A stretch of 64,000 bases of DNA from Leptospiraceae bacterium (GTDB lineage: Bacteria; Spirochaetota; Leptospiria; Leptospirales; Leptonemataceae): contig JAVJNR010000004.1 in NCBI GenBank assembly GCA_040217195.1, positions 320,001 to 384,000 on the forward strand. The letters are read 5' to 3'. Below the pieces are notes generated by a model. It was not told the DNA's origin and made no database searches. It saw only the letters and a program-made list of their open reading frames with translations. Both the position numbers and the translations under genes were made by a program. Shown in pieces: positions 1 through 9,783 of this stretch (its first letter is position 1; every line of letters begins with the position of its first letter).

Positions 1-3000
1 GTTCTGGGCAATGCGTCCACTTTAATGCAAAGAGCTCGCTCAGATTCCAATGCATTCGATCAAACAATGCAGTATGTGGATCGACTTCGGGGTTCGCAGC
101 ATCCTCTTCTTTACGACGGGATGCCTTTCCAGAGAACAGGACTGCAAAGTATTTTTGATTCCTCCAGTCGCGAAAGTGTAAGGGACTTAACCAATCGAGC
201 TGCGAATTTTCTGGAAAGACCATCGGTGGCCACGGATGTTACGGAAATCCAGGCATTTTTGATTAAGGTTCTGGATACCAACCCCGGTACCAGAAGTGCC
301 ATCGAAGAGCTATTTAAATCTTCCCTGGGACTGACCAGCAGCGATGGGCCTGGATTATTCCATGTTCTGGGTGAGCTCACGCAAACGTTTCGAGCAACCG
401 CCGGTTTCGATGGAAGCACCACTGCACCGGTCTCCATGGTATTCTTTTTGCAGCGACTGAATACATATTTCTATCCTGGAGGAGCTGTATACGATGCAGA
501 CACTGCCTATCAGGCCTCCGAGTTTCCATCCAATCTTCCGGACCAGTTTGTAGACCTGTACTTTACGATTCGCCCCTTTTTGATAGCCAATGCTGCCCAT
601 ACTGGATCCAGACCTTTAATTGAGACTCTGTCTGAGAATCTTTCGACTTTTCCGGAAGGAATGCACCAGAATGCAGACGAATCACTGAGCAGAATGATCG
701 ACCTGGATGCCTACGGTGCGGATCGACTTAACAGCGTACATAGCACTGAAATATCGGCTCTGGAATCTCTGTTATTCTTACTGTCTCTGGGCAATCATTT
801 TGGGTATCGCTGGGATGCAAATCCGTCCAGCCCGGCCACAATTACAGCGGCCACAGATGGAGTGCTAACAGTTGGGGATATTCTACACTCTCTTCGCTCA
901 TTGATCAAAGGAGATCCTGTACTCTCACTTTCCGGATTCCTGCAGGATAGCCAGGCCAGCGGTCTGGTTCATCGCAACGGATCTGTAATGAGTTTTGGAA
1001 TCAATTCCCCGGCCCTGGCCTTGATGCAGGGAGAGTCCAGAGGATCTGCCAATTCTCTGGCCGACACAGGTTATACGGTCTATCATCGCACAGTTCCTTA
1101 TATGATGAACTGGATTGTTCGCGCCATCTACCAGGGTCAGGCTCCCTATTATAACCAGAATCGCACCAATGGCTCCGGAGATTTTCTCACAATGGATGGT
1201 ACTGTCTATCGCACAGCCGGTGGTACAGATATGACCTACGTTCCCTCCTGGCAAACCGACGTATTCAGAGTAAGGGTCAGACAGTATCATGGCGGCGGTG
1301 GACATACAGATCACTATGTTGGCCCTTCTGGTTACGAAGATCCCACCGGCAATGGAACTGCATTTCAAGTGTCGGAAAGCTCTATACCACCTGGCGAAAG
1401 AGCTGTAGATAGTGACCTGGAAGCTCTGCATAAGAACTATCAGTGGCTTCTTTATAAAAAGCGATTCGTAATTGTAATCCCACTACATGCGAAGCTGGGA
1501 GCCAGTGGAATCCAGCATGCAGTGTATGTAACTGTGGTTGCCAATGGGTTGATGGGTTTGATTTCTGCCAGGCCCTACTGCAATCTCGCAGACAATCAAT
1601 GTTATTCGAACGACAATGGCCGTTGGTCCATTGCCGGCACTCAGCTTCAGCCGGATTTTCAGACCACCAGTATTCGCAACAATACCAATATGACTCTGAC
1701 TCTTCAGATGTCCGATGAGCCCGGCGATCATGCTATATTCGTCGAAGCTTATGGATACGGTCTTACCGGCGAAGACACCTTTGGCTACGCAGATGCAACT
1801 CTGTATCAAATACTGTATAATACACTTCTATATCCTGTACCCCCTTCTCAGTTTCATGGAGCCATTCCGCCCGCCCTGTCCTCCAATGCAGCTGTTCTGG
1901 AGAGGCTTGGATTCCTGACCACCGGCGTTGTAGAACCGGATGAAGTGAACAGCCGCTGGGATGAGCGAAATGCAATGCTACCTCTGGTCACAGCCCTGGT
2001 GCGCACTCTGGATGAACAGACAGATCCGTCCAGCACTCAGGGCGCCTATGGTCTTCTGGCCAATGCGGCAGATGTTCTGGCCCGACCCTACATCTTTCGA
2101 GGTACAGATCCAGAGTCTGGAATATCAGGACTGGTTCAGTATCGCCTGGAGGGCTCAGGGCCTGCATTTAATATTCGCAGTCCGGCCCTTACAGCCACAG
2201 ATTACAGTCCGGACTCCAGTTATCGAAGTCTGATCTCAATTGCCATTGAAAGCGAAAGAAGATATAAGGATGGTCCCATTTCATTGCTGTCTACCAGCGA
2301 TTTTCTTGAAACAACTGCTGAATTTCTGAAGGGACTGGGCGGCTTAACTCATACAGCCAGCCGTACCCATTTCTTCGATTCGCTGGAGGACTTGCTGGCC
2401 CAGGAGAACCTGGATTCGAACAACCCGTCCACAACTCAGCTAGATATTTCTTACGAAATCCGAGACCTGGCAGACTTCATGGGGCAGTACGCAGCCACTT
2501 TGAGCACCGACGCCAGCCATGGGGACTGGGTACACATTCGCACATTAACAGAGTTGGCAGGCGAATGGCTGGCAGCCCAGAGCCCCAATTCATTGATGCC
2601 CGGCCTGCAAAGATTCGTTTTTATGCTGGGCCAGGAGCAGCCCTCTGACTCAGAAACAAGCGCTCTGTTTACGGTATTTCTTTCTTTCATCAGCGATGCA
2701 GGGTCACCGGCCGCAGAAGTATCGGAATTCTTCCAGGTGCAACTTCCTGAAATCCTGCATGAAACCTCGGACGATTTCTATTACCTGGCCGGAGCTCTGG
2801 CAGGACTGTCCATAGATGGTGGATTCTTCAAATACCTTAATGCAGATATGCGAAACGGATTCACCTCCAGGGATATCTATCTGGATCTGGAACGATTCCT
2901 CTCTTCGAGCATGGTGCAGGATAAATCCCACGGAAAGCATTCATTGATTTTCGCAGCAGGCAAGCTACTGGATTATCTCTGGCAGGTAAGAGAGCAAGGT

Positions 3001-3108
3001 TACCGTATTCCAGGTCCCGGTCAGTACTGGTTTGATGATCATCGAAGCCGGGACCAGAACAGTCGGACACCCTATGAATGGCTGAACAGTATTTTGAGTA
3101 TAAAATGA
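1..3108 (+). CDS. Very large hypothetical protein, 5'-truncated by the window edge (>1030 aa)
   Basis: Frame is open from base 1. No recognisable domain. Stop TGA overlaps the next ATG (ATGA, 3105-3108). Confidence 0.85.
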   Translation, partial: VLGNASTLMQRARSDSNAFDQTMQYVDRLRGSQHPLLYDGMPFQRTGLQSIFDSSSRESVRDLTNRAANFLERPSVATDVTEIQAFLIKVLDTNPGTRSAIEELFKSSLGLTSSDGPGLFHVLGELTQTFRATAGFDGSTTAPVSMVFFLQRLNTYFYPGGAVYDADTAYQASEFPSNLPDQFVDLYFTIRPFLIANAAHTGSRPLIETLSENLSTFPEGMHQNADESLSRMIDLDAYGADRLNSVHSTEISALESLLFLLSLGNHFGYRWDANPSSPATITAATDGVLTVGDILHSLRSLIKGDPVLSLSGFLQDSQASGLVHRNGSVMSFGINSPALALMQGESRGSANSLADTGYTVYHRTVPYMMNWIVRAIYQGQAPYYNQNRTNGSGDFLTMDGTVYRTAGGTDMTYVPSWQTDVFRVRVRQYHGGGGHTDHYVGPSGYEDPTGNGTAFQVSESSIPPGERAVDSDLEALHKNYQWLLYKKRFVIVIPLHAKLGASGIQHAVYVTVVANGLMGLISARPYCNLADNQCYSNDNGRWSIAGTQLQPDFQTTSIRNNTNMTLTLQMSDEPGDHAIFVEAYGYGLTGEDTFGYADATLYQILYNTLLYPVPPSQFHGAIPPALSSNAAVLERLGFLTTGVVEPDEVNSRWDERNAMLPLVTALVRTLDEQTDPSSTQGAYGLLANAADVLARPYIFRGTDPESGISGLVQYRLEGSGPAFNIRSPALTATDYSPDSSYRSLISIAIESERRYKDGPISLLSTSDFLETTAEFLKGLGGLTHTASRTHFFDSLEDLLAQENLDSNNPSTTQLDISYEIRDLADFMGQYAATLSTDASHGDWVHIRTLTELAGEWLAAQSPNSLMPGLQRFVFMLGQEQPSDSETSALFTVFLSFISDAGSPAAEVSEFFQVQLPEILHETSDDFYYLAGALAGLSIDGGFFKYLNADMRNGFTSRDIYLDLERFLSSSMVQDKSHGKHSLIFAAGKLLDYLWQVREQGYRIPGPGQYWFDDHRSRDQNSRTPYEWLNSILSIK

Positions 3109-4595
3109 AACAAAAAAGTCAAAAGAAAAGACTCAGCCATACCATCAAAAAGGCAATGAACTCTGGTCCGAGGGGCCCTGAAAAAGACTTTTTGTTCATT
3201 GCAGCAAATCTTCTGTTGGTTCGCATTTCTAATCGACTCCATTTAGAGGTTTCTGCAAAGCCTGGTATCGCTTCCACCGCTTATACGGCTGCACTGACAG
3301 TCTTATTTCTAGGCGCATCTGTCTTCTTCGTGAATCCAACGCGGGCCAATAGCTACCCGGATGTTTATGGCGCCAATCCATACACCACAGGCAGGGCCGG
3401 TGCGGTCACAGCTGTGATCAACGATGTATCCGCGGTCTTTTACAATCCGGCCGGCCTGGCACTGCCCTCACGAGGAGAATCTATCAAGAAGCAAAAGGAT
3501 GCCAGAATGCATGAGCTTCAGCTCTATTATACCGGCTCTTCCCATTCTTTGAATTATTCCCCTTATTCACCGGATCTGATATTTAGCGATGAAGATGCCA
3601 CAAATGTAAACGATAGCTATGCAGGCCTGGGCCTTTCCCTTCGCCTGGATAGAATCTACGACGTGGATCGCAAGGTAGCTTTTGGACTATATGCGAATCT
3701 GCCGGGTAACGGTAAGCTTCTTTCCATAAATGACCTGAATCCAACGGTGCACAGATTTCTTCAGCACGGAAAGAGCCTTACCAGACCCTACATCGCAGCT
3801 GCACTGTCGGTGGAGGTCTGGAAGGAGCACATCTACGCAGGCATCGGATTTACCGCTCTGGCCCGGGGTCAGGGAGCTATTTTAATGAAGGAAGTGGAGA
3901 TCTCTCCCAATACGGTAACTCCAGACCAGCAGGTCATTGTGGATGTGGAGCCTGCCACCAATGCTCAGTATGGGCTTATTGGAGTTTACCAGGATTTTTA
4001 CCTCGGTGTGTTTTATCGCAGAGAACTGGCCGTAGAACTGGATCCCATAAATGCTCGTGCCAGAACCCTGCTACTTGGGCTGGAGCTGGATCTGGACCTG
4101 GCCGTTCTGGATCATTATCAACCGCGAACTTTAAGCTATGGGGCTGGCTACAGACTGTTTGATATTTTCTTATTCAGCGTGGATGTGCGAAGGGAACTAT
4201 GGAGCGGCTTTCAATCCTCCAGAGCCAAACAAACCTACTCCGAGATTATCTACCTTTCCGATACAACATCGGTGGGAGCCTCGCTGGAATTTCAAGTCAC
4301 CGATTGGTTTCAGGCCAGAATGGGTTATCGCAGGGCACCCACTCCGATTCCCAATCAGCCCGGGAGCACGAACTGGATGGGTAGCGATAGACAGATCTAT
4401 TCAGCAGGTGCAACCTATATGATCTGGCCGTCTGGCGGAGATCTGAAGTATCCCATTGGTATCGATTTCTCGATTCAAAGCCAGAAGCTGGAACAAAGAA
4501 TGCAATTAAAATACAATCCCACTCCAGAGAATCCATTCTACGAATACGGTGGAGTGATCAATCATTTAGGTATTGGAGTTGTGATTCACTTCTAG
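3105..4595 (+). CDS. OmpP1/FadL/TodX family outer-membrane transporter
   Basis: GRAGAVTA..NDVSAVFYNPAGLA hatch motif, amphipathic beta-strands, C-terminal Phe. ATG at 3105 is coupled to the upstream stop; true start uncertain. Confidence 0.85.
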   Translation: MKQKSQKKRLSHTIKKAMNSGPRGPEKDFLFIAANLLLVRISNRLHLEVSAKPGIASTAYTAALTVLFLGASVFFVNPTRANSYPDVYGANPYTTGRAGAVTAVINDVSAVFYNPAGLALPSRGESIKKQKDARMHELQLYYTGSSHSLNYSPYSPDLIFSDEDATNVNDSYAGLGLSLRLDRIYDVDRKVAFGLYANLPGNGKLLSINDLNPTVHRFLQHGKSLTRPYIAAALSVEVWKEHIYAGIGFTALARGQGAILMKEVEISPNTVTPDQQVIVDVEPATNAQYGLIGVYQDFYLGVFYRRELAVELDPINARARTLLLGLELDLDLAVLDHYQPRTLSYGAGYRLFDIFLFSVDVRRELWSGFQSSRAKQTYSEIIYLSDTTSVGASLEFQVTDWFQARMGYRRAPTPIPNQPGSTNWMGSDRQIYSAGATYMIWPSGGDLKYPIGIDFSIQSQKLEQRMQLKYNPTPENPFYEYGGVINHLGIGVVIHF

Positions 4596-4622
4596 AAAGG
4601 GAGAGTAGCCCGGAAAATAGAA

Positions 4623-5432
4623 ATGGGCCTGGCAGGAGAGTGTATGATGAATCAGTTTTCTGAAATAGATAAAGAGCCGGAGGGCAGGAACTTAAAAGTT
4701 AGATTCTGGAACTCATCGGTACTTCGCATAATATCCATTGGCTTTGTCCTGGGAACATTAATTGGAGCGAACTGTACTGCTCAAATTGAAGATCCGTTTG
4801 CTGTGCGAATCTTTCAAATGTCCGGACGCGAAGAGGTTCCGGTACTCGTTGCCCGCGATAGCGATGAATGCGAAGAGGTCCTGGAGCATCGTGTGTACTA
4901 CTGGCCCTATGTTCTTCCGATTACAGACTGGAAAAGCGTTCAGGAGTCTCTGGAACCTGGAGGTCGCTATCGCTACCGTACCGTTCTTCGTACATGGGAT
5001 GTACTACTATTAATTCCTATGGGCATTATGGGCTTTTCTTCCCAGACCCATGTACTGGAAAAATGTGAACATACTGAGCTTCCGGTGCTTTACGGCACTC
5101 AAAGGAAAACTCTGGCTGAATACTCTGTCTATTTCGACCTGAATTCCTCCCTGGTCCCGGATTCCGAAAGACGGAAGATTCTAAAGGTGGCAGAACTCTG
5201 GAAGCGAAACCCTGACTTCGTTTTTCTGCTTCTGGGTCAAACTGACCAGGCTGGCCGGGAAGGACTGAATCGATCCCTTTCCCTGCAAAGGGCTGAATCC
5301 GTGCGAGATGCATTGGTGTCTCTTGGCGTACCCCGAGAAAACCTGAGGGTTGCCTCTGCCGGGTCCGAATTATCTACCAGCGAAAGATCCGAATCTGATC
5401 GAAGAGTGGAGATGGTGCTCATTGTTCGATAA
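4623..5432 (+). CDS. OmpA-family peptidoglycan-binding protein with a lipoprotein-like N-terminal region
   Basis: VYFDLNSS, GQTDQAG...NRSLSLQRAESV and DRRVE match the OmpA C-terminal motifs. Hydrophobic stretch ends in GANC. Confidence 0.85.
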   Translation: MGLAGECMMNQFSEIDKEPEGRNLKVRFWNSSVLRIISIGFVLGTLIGANCTAQIEDPFAVRIFQMSGREEVPVLVARDSDECEEVLEHRVYYWPYVLPITDWKSVQESLEPGGRYRYRTVLRTWDVLLLIPMGIMGFSSQTHVLEKCEHTELPVLYGTQRKTLAEYSVYFDLNSSLVPDSERRKILKVAELWKRNPDFVFLLLGQTDQAGREGLNRSLSLQRAESVRDALVSLGVPRENLRVASAGSELSTSERSESDRRVEMVLIVR

Positions 5433-5434
5433 CC

Positions 5435-6460
5435 GTGGCTGTAATGAAGACTAGATTGCTGACATTTATCCTGCTACTTCCCTGCATGAATTGCCTGTTT
5501 GCTGGTCTGAGCGGCGGTGACAGCGATTCCGAAGGGGAAATGCTTATGGCTATTGGTTATTTGCAGCTATCGTCTCCCCCTCCTCCGGGGCCTCTTACTG
5601 CGGGAAATGAGGGTACTCTACAGATTAGCTCATTGGATGGGCCTTTGCAAATTCAATGGGACCCCGCTACAGGCGGTCAGTCCAGTGTCCATGAATATAG
5701 AGTCTATGTAGACAATTCCGGACCCATGGATGATCCGGCCACAATACAATCCTCCTCGCAAGCTGATTCGCAATGGTTTTCTTTTTCCGGCAGCTACACG
5801 GCCGCAGAGCTTGAACCCAACCGCACATACTATCTAAATGTTCTGGTTCGGGATGGCTCTGAAGTCGCAGCCTATGAAAGCGTCACGTTCACCACAGGTA
5901 ATCCTTATGCCACGGGCACCGGCCTTGTACTCTACGATGATGGATCTCAGATCCTGGCCTACTCCGCCTGTTCGGCCGGACAGACATTCGATGAAGCCAC
6001 TCAGAGCTGCACAGGTACTGCAAGCAGCCTTCAATTCTGCGACGTCAGTACCAATGATTGTAACGGAGGAAGTAGTTCGGGTACGCTTGTAGATTCTGGA
6101 TCCTGGACCTCTGGAGCCAGCAGTTCCGCCTGGCAGGCCTGCGAAGATCTAAATACGGCAACCCATCAGGGAATAAGCACCTGGAGGATTCCAACGATTC
6201 AGCAGTTACGGGACATTCGCTATTGTTCCTCTAACCCGGCCTATTCTGGCCCGGACGGATGTCCGGCCGGATCAGGACATCCCACCATACGATTGGATTT
6301 ATTTCCAGACACTCCGGAAAGTCAGTACTGGTCTTCGCAGGGAGTGTCCGGTAATTCATTTTCTGCCTGGACTTTAAACTTAACGGATGGCAGTGCCCAG
6401 GCCCAGGATAAGACAGGGCTGCACCGAGTAAGATGTATTTCAGACTTTCCAGGATACTGA
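5435..6460 (+). CDS. Lipoprotein with FN3-like domain and C-terminal DUF1566 (Lcl C-terminal) domain
   Basis: Signal peptide with Cys (MNC). FN3-like IQWDPA..YRVY..LEPNRTYY. DUF1566 motifs WRIPTIQQL, YWSS, VRCI. Confidence 0.75.
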   Translation: MAVMKTRLLTFILLLPCMNCLFAGLSGGDSDSEGEMLMAIGYLQLSSPPPPGPLTAGNEGTLQISSLDGPLQIQWDPATGGQSSVHEYRVYVDNSGPMDDPATIQSSSQADSQWFSFSGSYTAAELEPNRTYYLNVLVRDGSEVAAYESVTFTTGNPYATGTGLVLYDDGSQILAYSACSAGQTFDEATQSCTGTASSLQFCDVSTNDCNGGSSSGTLVDSGSWTSGASSSAWQACEDLNTATHQGISTWRIPTIQQLRDIRYCSSNPAYSGPDGCPAGSGHPTIRLDLFPDTPESQYWSSQGVSGNSFSAWTLNLTDGSAQAQDKTGLHRVRCISDFPGY

Positions 6461-6525
6461 GATTTTGCCCCGATTTCCCTGATTGCCTTCCGGGCCCGAA
6501 TTTCGGATTCAAAAAAAAACTATAC

Positions 6526-6711
6526 GATTGCCGAGCCTGAATAGATCGCCGAGCCTGAATAGATCGCCGAGCCTGAATAGATCGCCGAGCCTGAACAGAT
6601 CGCCGAGCCTGAACAGATCGCCGAGCCTGAATAGATCGCCGAGCCTGAACAGATCGCCGCGTATGAACAGATCGCCGCGTATGAATAGATCGCCGCGTCT
6701 GAATAGATCGC
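6526..6711. repeat. 18-bp tandem repeat (VNTR), 10 full copies plus a partial copy
   Basis: Consensus GATCGCCGAGCCTGAA(T/C)A with units starting at 6526, 6544 ... 6688. The last three copies are GATCGCCGCGT(A/C)TGAA(T/C)A. Lies between convergent genes. Confidence 0.97.
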
Positions 6712-6752
6712 AGAGTCACTGGAAAATCGAAGAATCACCCACAAAGCAATTG

Positions 6753-7418
6753 CTAGAACTTGATGATTCCGCCTTTCTTCAGAGGCTGAATTATTTCATC
6801 CTGAATGGCCGATGCATCGGAAGCATCATTGCTTCGAATTCCAATCAAATGGGCCTTCCATCCTCGACTACGGGCCGGCTTTAGATTTGTGGGACGGTCA
6901 TCAAAAAACCATATGCTTTCCGGTTCACCTTCTTGCGGCATTCTCTTGATAGATTCATGTATGATTTCAAAGTACCGATCTTCTGGCTTACGCACTCCCA
7001 TTTCGCATGAAAAGAAAAGATAATCGAACCAGCGATCCAGCTCCGGTCTCTTTTTCATGACATCGTGATACCAGGCGGAGTAATTGGATGCGATTGCCAG
7101 CACCAGGTCATCCCGGGCCGATAGTTGTTCCAGAAGCTCATCAATTCCGGGCCGAAACTTTACTTCAGCAAACATTCGTTTCTTGATTTTTGCCACCGGG
7201 GGCATATGGTCTGGCACCGGATCATCGCCGTAGAAGCTGCGAAAGTACTCCCTCTCGGAGATCTCCCCTTTTTCGAATGCTTCAAAAATGCCCGGTCTTC
7301 GAAGACCGGCCCAATGCCGAATGCCATCCTCATCCAGGAAACTACGAATTGCAGGAAAAAATGGATCCACAAGCACAGTATCCATCAAATCAAAAAGCAG
7401 TAGATGCCAGCCAGCCAT
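6753..7418 (-). CDS. HAD-superfamily hydrolase (class IA, YihX-like)
   Basis: FDLMDT motif I, ASN motif II, GVRKP motif III, FFDD motif IV. ATG at 7418 lies 1 nt after the upstream stop (TAGTATG). Confidence 0.85.
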   Translation of the reverse strand: MAGWHLLLFDLMDTVLVDPFFPAIRSFLDEDGIRHWAGLRRPGIFEAFEKGEISEREYFRSFYGDDPVPDHMPPVAKIKKRMFAEVKFRPGIDELLEQLSARDDLVLAIASNYSAWYHDVMKKRPELDRWFDYLFFSCEMGVRKPEDRYFEIIHESIKRMPQEGEPESIWFFDDRPTNLKPARSRGWKAHLIGIRSNDASDASAIQDEIIQPLKKGGIIKF

Positions 7419-7419
7419 A

Positions 7420-9183
7420 CTAATCTGACACTCCATAGTCCGCAGACAATCGAAGATAGGCTCGAAGTTCCTGAAGAAGCTTCCAGCCAGCAGGAGGCTT
7501 AAGTCCGGCCTTGCGGTTGCTATTTCCCAGAAGAAAAAGAAGATTCCAGTGTTCAAATAGAGTGGTGTAGGATGGCCACAACCTGGCCCGGGGATCCCAG
7601 ATATGAGTGGCTTCCGCCCCAGCTCCATTCACTTCAACAACCTGGAGCCGGGATCCTTCGCGAAAGTGCTGCATATCAGGAAATCGAACATCCAGTCGAC
7701 CGAAGTAAAAATCCGGCAGATCGCGGCAAATTGCATCTATGGAATTCTGTAATGCCCTGGTGCGAAGATGGGTGCCATCCAGAAAAATACAGCCCTGCTT
7801 ATGATTTCCGGATTTTACCAGATAGAAGTATTCATCCTGAGCCGGAACTATAGATAAATCCATTCGCCTGGCATAAATGTGCTTTCTACCGGCCAGCACG
7901 GGAATAGAATCTATAAGCTTTTCCAGAGAATAAAGTCCGTTGCCTTTTACCACCGGGAAAGCCTTTAGAGTAATGGAAGTGATTCGCGCAGAACCATCCG
8001 GATGGCGAATATAAAATACACCTGCTTCGCATTCATAGTCTGACAGAGTCTGGAATAGGTACTGTACCTCGGTGCCTGAATTCAGTGATACTGCAATGGA
8101 CTGTAATCGAGCTTCCAGCTGCTTCTTGTCTTCAATAAAAAAAACACCATCTCCTCGCTGCCCTCTGTCTGGCTTGCAGATCAATGGAACAGACATATTA
8201 CGCTTCCTGATTAGCTCCTGGCATGCCTGGCTCAGTGTATGAAGTCCTACTTCTTGAACATGACCTCCACTACTAAGAAGAAAATGATTGGAACGGGTGC
8301 GCCTCAATGAAAATGAAAACGATTTCAGGAGGTGTCTTCGCGCAAGCGGTCCCGCAGAATCGTATATTTCCTGCTTGGATTCGCCTATCAATCCGCCCAT
8401 GCGAATTCCAGGATTCGCAAGTACCGGAAGACCGGTAGATCTGTAGCGCGCGGAAAGATAAGCATAGTGAAATATGATAGGTAAATAGAAAAAGCCCGGA
8501 TGCCAGAATTCAAATATGGAGCGAGAGGGTATTGACTTTAACTGCGAAGCATCCACCGGACCGCAAGCAAGTACACGGATGCCTCTGGCCCTTGCACTGT
8601 CCAAACCTTCGACTGCGGAGCGAACCTTCTGACTGACCAATCTGTATGCCAGGACCAGGAGCAATAAAATTAGAATGGCAAGAGCGATACTCCAGGCTGA
8701 ATCCATTCGATCCAGAAAATAGCGCAAGGGTCCCAGGGAAAGAAAGAAAATCAAACTGGTCCAGCCTGCACTTGCAATAAGAACTGCCAGTCCAAAAATA
8801 CGGCCATCCATACGAGCCAGCCCAGCGGCAGCAAACACTGGTAAACGCATTCCGGGCACAAATCGGCTGAGCAAAACGGCAAACAGTCCAAACCTCTTAA
8901 CAAAGGACTGCATCTTTTCCAGATGGGGATTATTCTTAATTTTATCCGGCAGAAGTTTGTATCCGCCGCGACCGGCCAGGTACAGTAATAAATCCCCAAC
9001 TGCGATACCAATTAGAATTCCGGTAAATGCATAGGGAGTAGATACAAGCCCGGCGGCTGCAAGGCTGGATGCCAGTAGAATGGCAGGATCTTCGGCTACA
9101 AAGGTTGCAAGCCCCAGCAGAATAGACTGCAGAACCGGATTCTGGGCCTGGGTTACTACCAGGTCCGCCAGATAATCCAGCAT
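7420..9183 (-). CDS. DedA/VTT membrane domain fused to an ATP-grasp (carboxylate-amine ligase-like) domain
   Basis: N-terminal ATFVAED, GIAVGDLLLYLAGR, SRFVPGMR (DedA). C-terminal ICKPDRGQRGDGV, FGRLDVRF, VVEVNG (ATP-grasp). Confidence 0.85.
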   Translation of the reverse strand: MLDYLADLVVTQAQNPVLQSILLGLATFVAEDPAILLASSLAAAGLVSTPYAFTGILIGIAVGDLLLYLAGRGGYKLLPDKIKNNPHLEKMQSFVKRFGLFAVLLSRFVPGMRLPVFAAAGLARMDGRIFGLAVLIASAGWTSLIFFLSLGPLRYFLDRMDSAWSIALAILILLLLVLAYRLVSQKVRSAVEGLDSARARGIRVLACGPVDASQLKSIPSRSIFEFWHPGFFYLPIIFHYAYLSARYRSTGLPVLANPGIRMGGLIGESKQEIYDSAGPLARRHLLKSFSFSLRRTRSNHFLLSSGGHVQEVGLHTLSQACQELIRKRNMSVPLICKPDRGQRGDGVFFIEDKKQLEARLQSIAVSLNSGTEVQYLFQTLSDYECEAGVFYIRHPDGSARITSITLKAFPVVKGNGLYSLEKLIDSIPVLAGRKHIYARRMDLSIVPAQDEYFYLVKSGNHKQGCIFLDGTHLRTRALQNSIDAICRDLPDFYFGRLDVRFPDMQHFREGSRLQVVEVNGAGAEATHIWDPRARLWPSYTTLFEHWNLLFLLGNSNRKAGLKPPAGWKLLQELRAYLRLSADYGVSD

Positions 9184-9184
9184 A

Positions 9185-9715
9185 TTAGTGCCTCAAGCCG
9201 GACTGATAGGCAAGAGTGGAGGGAGCCACACCAAATCGTTCTATATCTCGAATCTGATGCGTGGTAGGATTTTCCAGACCATGCAGCAAACCTACTTTTA
9301 CCAGTGCGCTATGATGCAATAGATGGTCCTGCGCATAGTGAAGTTCTCTGCAAAGAGTGGAAGTAATAGATCCGTCGCCTTCCAACCACTCCACTTCCAA
9401 CCGGATTACATCATCGGCACGATTGATGTCTATGGAACTCAGACCCCTGCGGATCTGTGCCACTGTATCGAGTGCGAAAGCTGGATCAGATTGTATACGA
9501 GGATCCCTTTCCCTTCGATCATAACATACCGAGCCGGTGCTGGCAGCCTGAATGTATGCCAGAAAGAATTCCAGGCCGTGGCGAATATGCTCACCCACCG
9601 AGGCATTGTTTAGAATGGTAAGCGGTTTTCTGTAGGAAGGCTCATCCAATGATTGAATGAGATCCTCTAGCTGTGCCAGCATATCATCTGTGGAGCTCAG
9701 TAATTGTTCAAACAT
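9185..9715 (-). CDS. DinB/YfiT-family metalloprotein
   Basis: SVGEHIRH, YDRRERD and HLLHH His ligands; helical bundle; 176 aa. Confidence 0.85.
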   Translation of the reverse strand: MFEQLLSSTDDMLAQLEDLIQSLDEPSYRKPLTILNNASVGEHIRHGLEFFLAYIQAASTGSVCYDRRERDPRIQSDPAFALDTVAQIRRGLSSIDINRADDVIRLEVEWLEGDGSITSTLCRELHYAQDHLLHHSALVKVGLLHGLENPTTHQIRDIERFGVAPSTLAYQSGLRH

Positions 9716-9783
9716 AATGCATTCCCCGGTTTTTTGCCGATTCCTCTTCTTATACTATTTTTCAGAATAAGTCAAGTGCATCC

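Noticed and set aside
5435..6460. DUF1566 gene as a diversity-generating retroelement target
   Set aside because: No reverse transcriptase or template repeat was seen in the window.
6526..6711. CRISPR array
   Set aside because: Units are contiguous 18-mers with no unique spacers, and no cas genes are present.
7420..9183. ATP-grasp protein as D-Ala-D-Ala ligase or graspetide maturase
   Set aside because: It lacks the Ddl N-terminal GGxSxE domain, is fused to DedA, and has no neighbouring acidic, Thr/Lys-rich precursor peptide.
9749..9775. Sigma-70 promoter TTGACT-N15-TATAAG upstream of dinB, and an ECF16-type promoter in the same gap
   Set aside because: The 15-nt spacing is too short to call with confidence, and I found no GTAAC..CGAA-type motif in the gap.
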